Source of the DNA: an uncultured Collinsella sp. | GTDB taxonomy: Bacteria > Actinomycetota > Coriobacteriia > Coriobacteriales > Coriobacteriaceae | Length of the DNA stretch: 64,000 bases | Reading direction: 5' to 3' | NCBI GenBank assembly: GCA_947001705.1 | Contig: CAMQHT010000002.1 | Location: 25,702-89,701 of the forward strand | In this document: positions 20,393-30,010 of the stretch, one piece after another | How the letters are laid out: every line of letters begins with the position of its first letter | Numbering within the stretch: the stretch's first letter is position 1 | Translations under genes and position numbers: made by a program | The notes under the pieces: generated by a model | What the model was told of the DNA's origin: nothing | What the model saw: only the letters and a program-made list of their open reading frames with translations | Database searches by the model: none

Positions 20393-21697
20393 ATGGCCAA
20401 GAGCAGGTACGCCGATGCCACCAAGGCCGCTCGCAGGGCCGCGATGTCTGCCCATAAAGCCACGGCTGCTGCCAGCAACACCGCTGGGTCCGCGGCGGTA
20501 CAGCCGTCCGCCGGCACTGCTGCCGAGCCCGCCCGCGACACCCGCCGCGACGAGCTGACGCACGTGGATGCCAAGGGCGAGGTGCGCATGGTTGACGTGT
20601 CCGACAAGGCCGAGACCCATCGCATTGCCATCGCCGAGGGCACGATTCTTATGCACCCCGAGACGCAGGCCATGGTGCTGCAGGATGGCGCTAAAAAGGG
20701 CGACGTGCTCGCTTGCGCACGCGTTGCGGGCATCATGGCCATCAAACGTACGAGTGACATCATCCCCATGTGCCATCCGTTGCTCATTACCAAGAGTAAG
20801 TGCGATATCGAGCCTATCGCGCCGGCGGGGACGCCTGCCGAGGACGTGCCCGAGGGCTGGGCGCCGCCGCGCGCGGACGGGCAGGTTGGCTTTCATGTGT
20901 TGGTCACGGCGGGCGTGACGGGCAAGACGGGTATTGAGATGGAGGCCCTGACCGGCGCGAGTGCCGCGTGCCTCACGATCTATGACATGTGCAAGGCCGT
21001 CGATCGTGGCATGGAGATCGTCGACGTTCGCCTGCTGCACAAGGAGGGTGGCCGCTCGGGCGTGTGGGATCGTGCCGAGCGTCAGGCCGCTACTGTTGAG
21101 GCCGCCGGCGCCGACGGTAACGCTCCCACAAGCGCGCCTGCCGCCGTCGCGCCCGCAGCTCCGACACCGGCCGTCCCCGCGATCGCGTTTATCGGCTACC
21201 AAAACTCGGGCAAGACCACGCTCGTCGAGAAGGTCATTGCCGAGCTCACCCGCCGCGGCCTGCGCGTGGGTTCGCTCAAGCATCATGGGCATCACGGCTT
21301 TGACATCGATGTACCCGCTAAGGACACCTGGCGCCATCACCAAGCCGGATCCAAGCACGTGGGCCTTATCTGCGCCACGCGCTGGGCGGAGTACGCCGAC
21401 ACGCGCGAGGAGGACGAGATGCCCGCGCGCGAGCTGCTGTCGCGTTACAACGATGTCGACGTGGTGATCATCGAGGGCTACAAGACCGAGGGCTTCGACA
21501 ACATCGTCGTCGCGCGCTCCGGTGTCGATCGTCTGCGCGGCAAGAGCTCGCTCGACCTGGTCGACGGTCGCACGCTGGCCCTTGCCTGCAACGAGGCCCT
21601 GGCACGCCAGGCATTCGATGCCGGCTTTGCGACCCGAGCCATCAACATCAACGACGCCCGAGCCATCTGCGATCTGATTCAAGACCATCTGGCCTAA
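20393..21697 (+). CDS. moaC: MoaC-MobB fusion protein
   Basis: LTHVDAKGEVRMVDVS, KKGDVL, IPMCHP, TGIEMEAL..YDMCKAVD (MoaC); Ala/Pro linker; GYQNSGKTTL, KHHGH, IIEGYK (MobB). Confidence 0.9.
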   Translation: MAKSRYADATKAARRAAMSAHKATAAASNTAGSAAVQPSAGTAAEPARDTRRDELTHVDAKGEVRMVDVSDKAETHRIAIAEGTILMHPETQAMVLQDGAKKGDVLACARVAGIMAIKRTSDIIPMCHPLLITKSKCDIEPIAPAGTPAEDVPEGWAPPRADGQVGFHVLVTAGVTGKTGIEMEALTGASAACLTIYDMCKAVDRGMEIVDVRLLHKEGGRSGVWDRAERQAATVEAAGADGNAPTSAPAAVAPAAPTPAVPAIAFIGYQNSGKTTLVEKVIAELTRRGLRVGSLKHHGHHGFDIDVPAKDTWRHHQAGSKHVGLICATRWAEYADTREEDEMPARELLSRYNDVDVVIIEGYKTEGFDNIVVARSGVDRLRGKSSLDLVDGRTLALACNEALARQAFDAGFATRAININDARAICDLIQDHLA

Positions 21698-21792
21698 AAC
21701 CTGCCAAAAAGGGACAGGTTTGTTTTGGCAGGTTTTATCTGGGCAAACGTCAAAACCATCACAAAGGGGCCAGTCACCTTTGTGGTGGTTTT
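21697..21792. repeat. Two adjacent class A-type palindromes
   Basis: aaaacctgccaaaa..gggacagg..ttttggcaggtttt and aaaaccatcacaaagg-ggccagtca-cctttgtggtggtttt. Confidence 0.75.
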
Positions 21793-21964
21793 TGCTTTGG
21801 TGGACGGTTGGGACATGCCTTAAAATCTACCACGTAGTTCATGCTGGGCGAAAAGACGAAAGGAGGGGGCTCGATGCGCCCTTAGTAAGGCATACGGATA
21901 GATTGAGCCAATGGACGGAGGGCCGAATGCCCGCTGTCCACATTCGTATGCAATAAGGAGCCCC

Positions 21965-23245
21965 ATGCTCGCATCTGTATTTCCAACATTCCACTCGTCG
22001 CTGTCCGTACAGGCCAAGCGCCTGGTGGCAATGCGCTTCCTCATCTACACCGGCTTTCAGACCAGTTATTTTATCGGCGTCATCGGAACGCTCACCTATG
22101 CGGACGACGCTTCGGTCGTTGCGACGTCGCTGGCAGTCCTCTTTATGAACGTCTTCGTGATCCTGGGATCCTTTGCGGGTGGAGCGGCACTCGATGCCTG
22201 GGGCCCGCGCCGCCATTTCTTGCTGAGCATCATCGGCGCTCTCGCAACTGGCACGGCAATCATCGCCTTTGGTAGCGCGACCGGCGTCGTCTTGCTCGGC
22301 GCGGTGTTTCTGGGCTTTACGATGGGATTCGCCCAGCCCATTGCCACATCCTATCCGGCCTACCTCACCGATGATCCCGTCGAGCTCAAAGACATCAACT
22401 CCGCCATCGCCATGTTCTCAAACGTGAGTATTATCGTCGGACCCACGTTGGGTGGCTTTGTCGCGGCTGCTGCGTCGTCGCGCGCGGTGTTTGTGCTCAT
22501 GATGCTCTTTACAGTGCTGGCGCTCGTCGCCGGTTGGGGCTTTAGGCCGAAGACCAGCCATGCCGCCGGGGATGCGGATGCCGATTCGGCAGAGGAAGGG
22601 GAGCGTGCGAGACAAAGCTCCAACCCCAGCGCATCCACTCGTGTCACCTTCGCGACCAGCATCAAGACAGTCTTCACCAACAGCGTCCTCGCGCTACTTT
22701 TCTGCATCATTTTTCTTTCGAACTTTGGCTACGGAGCCTTCGATCCGCTCGAGTCGTTTTTCTATCGCGATGTCCTATGCGTCGGTGTTGAGTGGATGGG
22801 CTGGCTCTCGTCGGCTAGCGGTGTGGGCGCGGTGCTGGGCGCCGTCCTCGCGCTCCGCTTGCCGCCGCACCTGGTCAACCTTAAAACGCTGCTCGTGGCG
22901 CTTATGTCCGTGGGTCTGGGAAGCCTGCTCTACGTGGGAACGCCGTATGTGGGCGTAGCCCTTGTCGGCCAGATTGCCCTAGGCGTGGCCTGGGGCGTCG
23001 TCAACCCGCTCCACAACACGATCGTGCAAACGACGGCCCCGCTCGAGCAGCTCGGTCGCGTGAACTCGGTCATGGGCTTTGGCAACATGTTTGCCGGCGT
23101 AGCCCCGCTGGCGATTGCCCCGTGGCTGGCGGCGAAGTTTGGCGTGCAGCAGACGCTCATCGGAGCGGGCGCGGTCGTGACGGCGGTTCCCGCGGCGTTG
23201 CTGCTGTTTGGCCGCCGGCACTTGGATCGTGCCGCAAGGCAGTAG
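21965..23245 (+). CDS. MFS transporter
   Basis: About 12 hydrophobic segments; GGAALDAWGPRR loop motif; LGRVNSV; aaggag RBS before ATG 21965. Confidence 0.88.
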   Translation: MLASVFPTFHSSLSVQAKRLVAMRFLIYTGFQTSYFIGVIGTLTYADDASVVATSLAVLFMNVFVILGSFAGGAALDAWGPRRHFLLSIIGALATGTAIIAFGSATGVVLLGAVFLGFTMGFAQPIATSYPAYLTDDPVELKDINSAIAMFSNVSIIVGPTLGGFVAAAASSRAVFVLMMLFTVLALVAGWGFRPKTSHAAGDADADSAEEGERARQSSNPSASTRVTFATSIKTVFTNSVLALLFCIIFLSNFGYGAFDPLESFFYRDVLCVGVEWMGWLSSASGVGAVLGAVLALRLPPHLVNLKTLLVALMSVGLGSLLYVGTPYVGVALVGQIALGVAWGVVNPLHNTIVQTTAPLEQLGRVNSVMGFGNMFAGVAPLAIAPWLAAKFGVQQTLIGAGAVVTAVPAALLLFGRRHLDRAARQ

Positions 23246-23375
23246 AAACCATCACAACATTCGATGAAAATCGCGATTTTGCCGAAAAACGTCGAATGTT
23301 GTGATGGTTTGCGCCCCGGGCCAGGCCACCCTGCGGGTCCGGCCACCACAAAGGGGCCAGGCACCTTCGTGGTGG
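23246..23375. repeat. Composite of class B (23246-23310) and class A (23343-23375) palindromes
   Basis: Same arms as the copies at 19136 and 8655. Confidence 0.85.
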
Positions 23376-23469
23376 TTTTTGCTTTAACGGGCCGCGCCTG
23401 CGCCTTGGTATACCATGTACGCCGTTCACGACCACACCCCACACCGCCGCACAACCCAGAAAGGCCCCC

Positions 23470-24291
23470 ATGGACGCCACCTTCAGCCACATCAAAGCCG
23501 TGTTCTGCGATATCGACGGCACGCTGCTCACGAGCCAGCACACGGTGTCCCCGCGCACCGTGGCGGCCATCCGCGCCCTGCGCGAGCGCGGCGTGCTCTT
23601 TGGTCTGTGCACCGGGCGCGACGCCCACGCGACCGAGGCCATGTACGAGCTCTGGGGCATCGAAGGCCTGGTGGACGTGCTTGTGGGCTGCGGCGGCGCC
23701 GAGGTCATCGACCGCGCGCACGACATCAACGAGCTGAGCTATCCGCTGCCGGGCGAGACCATCGCGCGCATCTGCAAGCACATGGCGGACCTTCCGGTAA
23801 CGCCCGTCTGCCCCCGAGACGGCGTGTTCTACGTGCCCGAGAGCAACGCGTGCGTCGAGCACCTGTCGCGCGTCGACGGCGTGCCCTACCAGGTGGTCGA
23901 TTTTGCCGAGTTTTTGCGCGAGCCGCAGCCCAAGGTGATGTTTACCACAGCGCCCGAGGTAATGCCGCGGGTGATTGAGCGGGCGTCGACGTTTGCCGAT
24001 AACACTGTTAAGGCGGCGTCTCTGCAAACCACGCAGCGGCTCTACGAGTTCATGGATCCGCGCGTGTCCAAGACGCGCGGCCTTGTGCGCGTGGCAGAGC
24101 TCAACGACATGGAGCTCCAGAACATCTGCGTGTTTGGCGATGCGGACAACGACACCTGCATGGTGGCTGACGCCGGCGTTGGCGTGGCCATGGCAAACGG
24201 CAGCGCCGCCACCCGCGCCGCCGCCGATTTTGTAACCGTCAGCAACGACGAAGACGGCATTGCGATCTTTGTCGAGGAACATCTGCTGTAG
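23470..24291 (+). CDS. Cof-type HAD-IIB hydrolase
   Basis: FCDIDGTLL, CTGR, SKTRGL, FGDADND..M, VAMANG. Confidence 0.93.
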   Translation: MDATFSHIKAVFCDIDGTLLTSQHTVSPRTVAAIRALRERGVLFGLCTGRDAHATEAMYELWGIEGLVDVLVGCGGAEVIDRAHDINELSYPLPGETIARICKHMADLPVTPVCPRDGVFYVPESNACVEHLSRVDGVPYQVVDFAEFLREPQPKVMFTTAPEVMPRVIERASTFADNTVKAASLQTTQRLYEFMDPRVSKTRGLVRVAELNDMELQNICVFGDADNDTCMVADAGVGVAMANGSAATRAAADFVTVSNDEDGIAIFVEEHLL

Positions 24292-24305
24292 CGCCGGGGG
24301 AGAAC

Positions 24306-24337
24306 CCCCGCAATGGGGACAGGCGCCTTTGTGGTGG
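24306..24337. repeat. Degenerate class A palindrome
   Basis: caatggggacaggcgcctttgtggtgg. Confidence 0.65.
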
Positions 24338-24359
24338 CCTCAGGCGATTTGGGCGAATT

Positions 24360-24720
24360 GATGCCTAAAATCTGCGCGATAATTCAAATATAGTTGTCTG
24401 AACATCATGCCTCTAACCACCGGTGGGTTAAAGATATTCTCATCAGTTTGGTAGGATATTCCTTCCGGTTAATAATCTACCGTTCACGGTCGATTTTCGA
24501 CCGTTCACAGGATGTTTGCTCTTGAGCAAAAGGTTGTGCAAATAAATAAAATGCTATTAAAAAACTGATAACTAACTTAATTACCAGTAGAAACAGATAT
24601 TTTATAGCGAATAAACGAAGGCAAATCTAAACAATTGTCAAGAGAATTAAGAACTTGCACAAAAATGTCGGTTTTGCTGCTCAGATGTTTAAACAATCGT
24701 TATAATTGCATCACTTAGCG
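24360..24720 (+). promoter_or_regulatory. AT-rich regulatory region upstream of the pilus cluster
   Basis: Much more AT-rich than the flanks; palindrome taaccaccggtgggtta (24414-24430); repeated gatattc and accgttcac. Confidence 0.5.
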
Positions 24721-24795
24721 AGCGCAATTACAGATTGCGCAGATACGTTTGATAGGGAAAGAGCAAGATCGCGGTCTCTTGGGGAGGAGACATCG

Positions 24796-27700
24796 ATGAA
24801 AGCGAATTCGGACAAATCTAAGCAGAGTAATAAAGCGACGCGCCGTGTACTGGCAGGCGTTTTGTGCGGAGCCTCCGTTTTGAGCCTGGTACTGTCGCTC
24901 GTCATGCCCCCGATCTCGCAGGCCATTGCCAACGATGCCCAGACGGTTTCTACCGAGGAAACTGTGATGGGGGGGGGTTCCTCAAGTGAGTCTACTGGTA
25001 TAGACAACAGTACTAACGGGGATGCCGGCACAGACGCCGAAAACCAGAACAGCGACGATGCTGCGAGCGACGACGACGCTCGGCCGGAGGAGCAGTCCAA
25101 GGACGAGTCGCAGGCGGAAGATAATGATGCGATGGATGTTAACGCTGTCGCGTCAGCCGAGGAGGCTGCAGAGAGCGAAGAGACAACCACAGCTATTACT
25201 AACATTACTAACGCCGATGATTTGTCAGCTAAGCTTCAAGGCGTTGGGGAAAACCAAACTGCCTGCTTCGAGCTTACAGCTGATATTGACTATGCTGGTG
25301 AAATCAAACTTGAGAAGAGCGGCAGCAATATAACGCTGAACTTAAACGGTCATAAGATCAAGTGCTTGAACACCGACAAGCCGTTATTTGATGTTGCTAA
25401 CGGCGCAACACTTACAATTAAGGACGAAATTAAGGACTCCGCGCCGGTGACTGAGACGGTCAACGATGTCCAACAGCTGACTGATCAGGGGCAGAAGCTG
25501 GATCCCAATAATTATGGCAAGAAAGTCGAGCTAAATTACGTTGGTGGCATTCCGTCTAATCTTACCTACTACGTGACCAAATCGACTCCGAGTGGTACAG
25601 GGACAATCGAGACGCTTGTCAGACATAACGTCGATATTAAGGGCGCCATCGTGGCGTGCGACGGCAACGCAAATCTAAAGCTCATCAATCTGTATAACAA
25701 CAACGGCAAGGGTGGCACGTTTAACCTTGTGAGCGGCGTGATCACGCAAAAACAAGGCAGCAGCGTTAGCAGCTTGGTCTATGCCGAGAACGGCTCTACC
25801 GTCAACATGCGCGGCGGCTATGTGTGTGGAGCTTCTGGCTCGGGTGCGGGCGGCGGAATTGAAATACACGGTAATTCGACCCTCGAGGTTTCCGGTGGCG
25901 TAATTGCCGGCAACAGTGCTCCTAGTGGCGGTGGTGTGTATGCTAAAGACTCCACGGTCAACATAACTAATGGCGTAATCTCCGGCAACAGCACGCTTGC
26001 TACTGGTGTTGGTTTCGGCGGCGGCATCATGGCCGAAGGCGGCAGCGTTACTGTTTCTGGTGGCTACATTACTAACAATAAATATGCCAATTACTGTGGT
26101 AACGATGGTAATGGCGATCATGGCGGTGCTGGACTTGCCGCTAAAAACGGTACTGATGTCACCATTTCGGGCGGCCAGATCACGGGCAACTATTCTGAGG
26201 AAGCCGGCGGCGGCGTCTATGTGACCGACATCGAACACCAAGGGGCGAGCTCGCGCAAGACAATGGCATGGCTCAACATTACGGGGGGAACTATTGCCTC
26301 TAACGTGAGTTTTCGCTCTGAGGGTGCCGGCATTCGCGTGGGCCAGATGGTTGACGCGATGATAAAAGGAGCGTCAAATTCAAATCCAGTCTATATCACT
26401 AATAACCACTGCATGTCTCGCTTTGACTGGGGTGGAGGCGGCATCTTCGTCCAGGGCGATTCTAAGGTCGCGTCTAATGCTGGTAGGCTATTTGTCTATA
26501 ACTCCTATATAAGCAGCAATGAGGCCGGTGGCTACGGTGGCGGCGTTGCGGTTTGCCCGACGGGTAAGACTTTGGTGACAGGCACCGACGGCACGGCGAT
26601 TTTCGGTAATACTTCTGCCGGAAATGAGCAAAACGCGAACGATTACGAATCCGTGAGTAATACAGGCAATAACGGCACCCCCCATCTTTCCGGCGGTGGT
26701 CACGGTAAGGACCAGGACTCCGACGCCTACAATGCCGAAGTGTTTCGCGAAAACGGCCACGCGGACTTCTTCCTTGCGGCGGAGGGTCATACGACTCCGA
26801 TCGCGGCGGTGATTGGCAAAATGCTTGGCGGCGGCGATGCTAAGTATCGGGGAAGCTTAGAGCTCCAGAAAGCCATTACTATCCCCGCTAACGGTGGCGT
26901 GCAGGTATATAACAGCATCGGCCTGAGTTCGGATGTTAAGGCTCAAGACCCCGAGGCGATCAATGCGCGAAAGGCTGCGCTAGAGGCGGGCGCGACGTTT
27001 ATCACGGGCAATTATTCCTGGAACCATGGCGGCGGCATCATGTCGAACGGCGACCTGTACATGGGCGCGCCTGAGGACACGTATGCCTATCCGAGCCTCA
27101 AGCTCAAGGCGACCAAGAAGCTGGAAGGCCGCAAGCTCAATGATGGGGAGTTCTCCTTTACGGTGTATCGCAAGGATTCAGACGACCCTTTGGCTGGCAC
27201 GACAGCTGGCACGACATTCAATCGCGACGTTTGCACCGAGGTTGGAACAGCAGCAAATGATGCAGAAGGCAGCATTACGTTTGACCTTGGTGAACAATTC
27301 GCATCGAGTGGCGCGGGTAACGAAATCACATACTACTTGGTCGAAGATCCCGGTGGTGATTCTGGCATCACGTACGACTCCAGCGTGTATAAGATTGTGG
27401 TGACGGCCGAAGATACCAAGACCTTGCTCATGTCTGTTCCGAGTAAAGAAAACTCAAGCCAACTGAAGGATCTTTACATCCATAACTACACGATTAAAAA
27501 CGTCGGTGTAACCAAGTACGAATTCCGCGAGTCGTCTGGGAAGTGGGAGAACGTAAAAGCGAGGAGCAAGGTGCAGAAGAGTGGAGACTATTATCCAATT
27601 ATCTGTGAGGGTGACTCCACGACTTTCACTAACAAGTTCACTCCGTACGACTCGAAGGGCTCCTGGACGCCTATGGCGACTAAGGTCGTTGAGGGTGGCG

Positions 27701-28245
27701 AGATGAAGGAGTTCACGCTCCAGCTTGCGACCGACACAGATTTTACGGATATCGTTAGCAGCAAGTCCACCACTGCCGACGGCGACAAGTCCCAGACCCT
27801 GAGCTTCGACAAGATTGATTACAAACTCGATCAACTCGACCAGCTCGCGTCTGGCCCCACTGGCCGTGGTGCTTCCAAGACCTTCACGTACTACGTGCGC
27901 GAGAAAGACGACGGTTCGCTGTTCTCGCACTATACGTACGACAAGTCGGTCTATCAGATTACGGTTAACGCGACTGACGACTCTAACCACCATATCGACG
28001 TCACTGCGACCTACAAGCAGATTCAGGATCGTGATGGCAATGAAGTGACCACTGACACGCCCCACGACCTCACCGGCAAGTCCACTCCCACCTTCACCAA
28101 CACCTACTCCACCTCTTTGCCCCTTTCTGGTATGTCGGGCGTCACTCTGACGTACCTTGCCGGCGCGGCGGTGCTTTGCGCTGCTGCGGCCTGGATGCAC
28201 ATTCGTCGCAAGGCGAATGCGAAGGGAGGTGAGCGTCGTGAATAA
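24796..28245 (+). CDS. Large sortase-anchored adhesin/pilus tip protein: beta-helix-like GG(G/A)(I/V) repeats, two FctA/Spy0128-like domains, LPLSG sorting signal
   Basis: Signal peptide; repeated GGGI/GGGV motifs; LKATKKLEGRKL..GEFSF, ITYDSSVY, TFTNTY; LPLSG + TM + basic tail. Confidence 0.8.
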   Translation: MKANSDKSKQSNKATRRVLAGVLCGASVLSLVLSLVMPPISQAIANDAQTVSTEETVMGGGSSSESTGIDNSTNGDAGTDAENQNSDDAASDDDARPEEQSKDESQAEDNDAMDVNAVASAEEAAESEETTTAITNITNADDLSAKLQGVGENQTACFELTADIDYAGEIKLEKSGSNITLNLNGHKIKCLNTDKPLFDVANGATLTIKDEIKDSAPVTETVNDVQQLTDQGQKLDPNNYGKKVELNYVGGIPSNLTYYVTKSTPSGTGTIETLVRHNVDIKGAIVACDGNANLKLINLYNNNGKGGTFNLVSGVITQKQGSSVSSLVYAENGSTVNMRGGYVCGASGSGAGGGIEIHGNSTLEVSGGVIAGNSAPSGGGVYAKDSTVNITNGVISGNSTLATGVGFGGGIMAEGGSVTVSGGYITNNKYANYCGNDGNGDHGGAGLAAKNGTDVTISGGQITGNYSEEAGGGVYVTDIEHQGASSRKTMAWLNITGGTIASNVSFRSEGAGIRVGQMVDAMIKGASNSNPVYITNNHCMSRFDWGGGGIFVQGDSKVASNAGRLFVYNSYISSNEAGGYGGGVAVCPTGKTLVTGTDGTAIFGNTSAGNEQNANDYESVSNTGNNGTPHLSGGGHGKDQDSDAYNAEVFRENGHADFFLAAEGHTTPIAAVIGKMLGGGDAKYRGSLELQKAITIPANGGVQVYNSIGLSSDVKAQDPEAINARKAALEAGATFITGNYSWNHGGGIMSNGDLYMGAPEDTYAYPSLKLKATKKLEGRKLNDGEFSFTVYRKDSDDPLAGTTAGTTFNRDVCTEVGTAANDAEGSITFDLGEQFASSGAGNEITYYLVEDPGGDSGITYDSSVYKIVVTAEDTKTLLMSVPSKENSSQLKDLYIHNYTIKNVGVTKYEFRESSGKWENVKARSKVQKSGDYYPIICEGDSTTFTNKFTPYDSKGSWTPMATKVVEGGEMKEFTLQLATDTDFTDIVSSKSTTADGDKSQTLSFDKIDYKLDQLDQLASGPTGRGASKTFTYYVREKDDGSLFSHYTYDKSVYQITVNATDDSNHHIDVTATYKQIQDRDGNEVTTDTPHDLTGKSTPTFTNTYSTSLPLSGMSGVTLTYLAGAAVLCAAAAWMHIRRKANAKGGERRE

Positions 28246-29893
28246 GAAAGTTTGCTCCTTCCCGATCTTGTTTGCGCTGCTTGCCCTCCTGATCGGCATC
28301 TGCGCGGTTGTGTTCCCCGCATCCGCGCAGGCCGCGCCGACCTCGACCGGTTCCATCACGGTGAGCGGCGCCGTGGCGAGCAACTACGACGCCTACCAGA
28401 TCTTTAGCGCCAACGTCGTCGACGGCGACGGCGACGCCAAGACCTTTACCGACCTCGCTTGGGCAAGCGACGCCGCGCGCGACGCTGTCCTGCCTGTGCT
28501 GCACAGCGCCGGCATGCCCGATTCCCAGACCACCGCGCAGGAAGCTGCCGAGTGGCTTAACACCGATTCCCACCTTACGAGCGCGCTGAGCGCACAGCTC
28601 GCTCGTTCCCTCCAGAGCTCTGGCGCCGTGCCCGTGGCCCTTAACGCGGGCACGGCGGCCGAGCTGCCCTGCGGCTACTGGCTCATCGTCGCCGACGACG
28701 ACGCCATCGCCCAGGGCGAGGCCGGCACCGCGCCGATCATGGCGCTGGTGGGCGGCAACGCCGTCACCGTCAAGCCCAAGGCCGCGACGCCCAAGGTCGC
28801 CAAGCACGTGCTGGAGGACAACACCGCCGCATGGCAGAAGGCCGCCGACGCCACGGTCGCCGACGACCTGTACTGGCGCCTCTCTGCCACGGTCCCGGCC
28901 GGGCTCACCACCTACGACACCTATACGGTGCAGTTCGTCGACACCATGAGCGCGGGGCTCGACCTCTCCAAGGTCGCCGCGAGCATACACGTGTACGTGG
29001 CGGCGGGAGCGGACGGCGGCTTCGACGCCGTTGCCACCGGCAAGGACGGACGCGCCGGCACTAAGGCCGCGAAGGGCTGGACCGACATCACGGCCCAGTG
29101 CGCCACCAAGGTGGCCGCGGACGGGACCTTCATCGTGCACACCGGCGACCTGGTCGCCGCGCTCGGCGGGGCCGACGCCTTCGCCACGGGCGCCCGCGTG
29201 GTCGCTGTGTACAACGCGCCGCTCAACAGCGCATGCAACCACGGCATCGCGAAGGGCAACCCCAACGAGGCCTACCTGCGCTACCCGCGCTCTCCCTTTG
29301 CCGACCAGTCCGGCGACGCCGGCTTCACCAGCACGCCGAGCGACGATGCATGCGCCTACACCTGGGATCTCGCGCTCACCAAGCGCGGCAGCGACGGCGA
29401 CAAGCCGCTGCCCGGGGCGGTCCTGAGCATCACCGACGACCGCGGTCGCGCGCTGGCGGCCGACGGCACGTGGGATGCGCAAGGCAAGGCCACCGTCACC
29501 ACGGGCGAGGACGGCCGCGTGACCGTCTCGGGCGTGGACTCGGGCAAGCTGGAGGTCCGCGAGCTCAAGGCGCCCAAGGGCTACACCGCCTTTGAGGGCA
29601 CGCGCTCCGTGACGGTCAAGGCCGAGGGCCTGGACGTCGACCAGGTGGCCGCCGCCAAGCCTAAGGTGACCGTATCGGCCGAAAGCCCTCTGCGAGTTGA
29701 TGCCGCCGATGCCGGGAAGGGTTTAGTCGAGTTGTCGGTGCTTAACACCCCAAGTAACGAAGTGAGTCGAGGCTTTATGCCCTCGACGGGAGATAGAACG
29801 TTGGTGTTGGTAACGGCTTTGGCCGTCATCGGAGTAGTGGCTATTGTCGTCGCGCTCGTCATCAAGCGGGGAGGAGGTCGCCATGATAAATAA
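28238..29893 (+). CDS. Sortase-dependent pilin (ancillary or basal), MPSTG sorting signal
   Basis: Signal peptide; YDAYQIF, KPK..TPKVAK, DTMSAGL, E-box ELKAPKGY; MPSTG + TM + KR. Confidence 0.85.
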   Translation: MNKKVCSFPILFALLALLIGICAVVFPASAQAAPTSTGSITVSGAVASNYDAYQIFSANVVDGDGDAKTFTDLAWASDAARDAVLPVLHSAGMPDSQTTAQEAAEWLNTDSHLTSALSAQLARSLQSSGAVPVALNAGTAAELPCGYWLIVADDDAIAQGEAGTAPIMALVGGNAVTVKPKAATPKVAKHVLEDNTAAWQKAADATVADDLYWRLSATVPAGLTTYDTYTVQFVDTMSAGLDLSKVAASIHVYVAAGADGGFDAVATGKDGRAGTKAAKGWTDITAQCATKVAADGTFIVHTGDLVAALGGADAFATGARVVAVYNAPLNSACNHGIAKGNPNEAYLRYPRSPFADQSGDAGFTSTPSDDACAYTWDLALTKRGSDGDKPLPGAVLSITDDRGRALAADGTWDAQGKATVTTGEDGRVTVSGVDSGKLEVRELKAPKGYTAFEGTRSVTVKAEGLDVDQVAAAKPKVTVSAESPLRVDAADAGKGLVELSVLNTPSNEVSRGFMPSTGDRTLVLVTALAVIGVVAIVVALVIKRGGGRHDK

Positions 29894-30010
29894 TTGCCCC
29901 CCTTGCTCAGTGGCGTACTACCTCCGTAGCGATTAGAGCGCAGGGAAATGAGCCTGCTGACTTTTGGTGATGACGAGAATTAAAGCAACCTCCAAGAAAG
30001 AGGTCCCAAC

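Noticed and set aside
24360-24720. Invertible (phase-variable) promoter for the pilus cluster
   Set aside because: No clear flanking inverted repeat pair and no recombinase in the window
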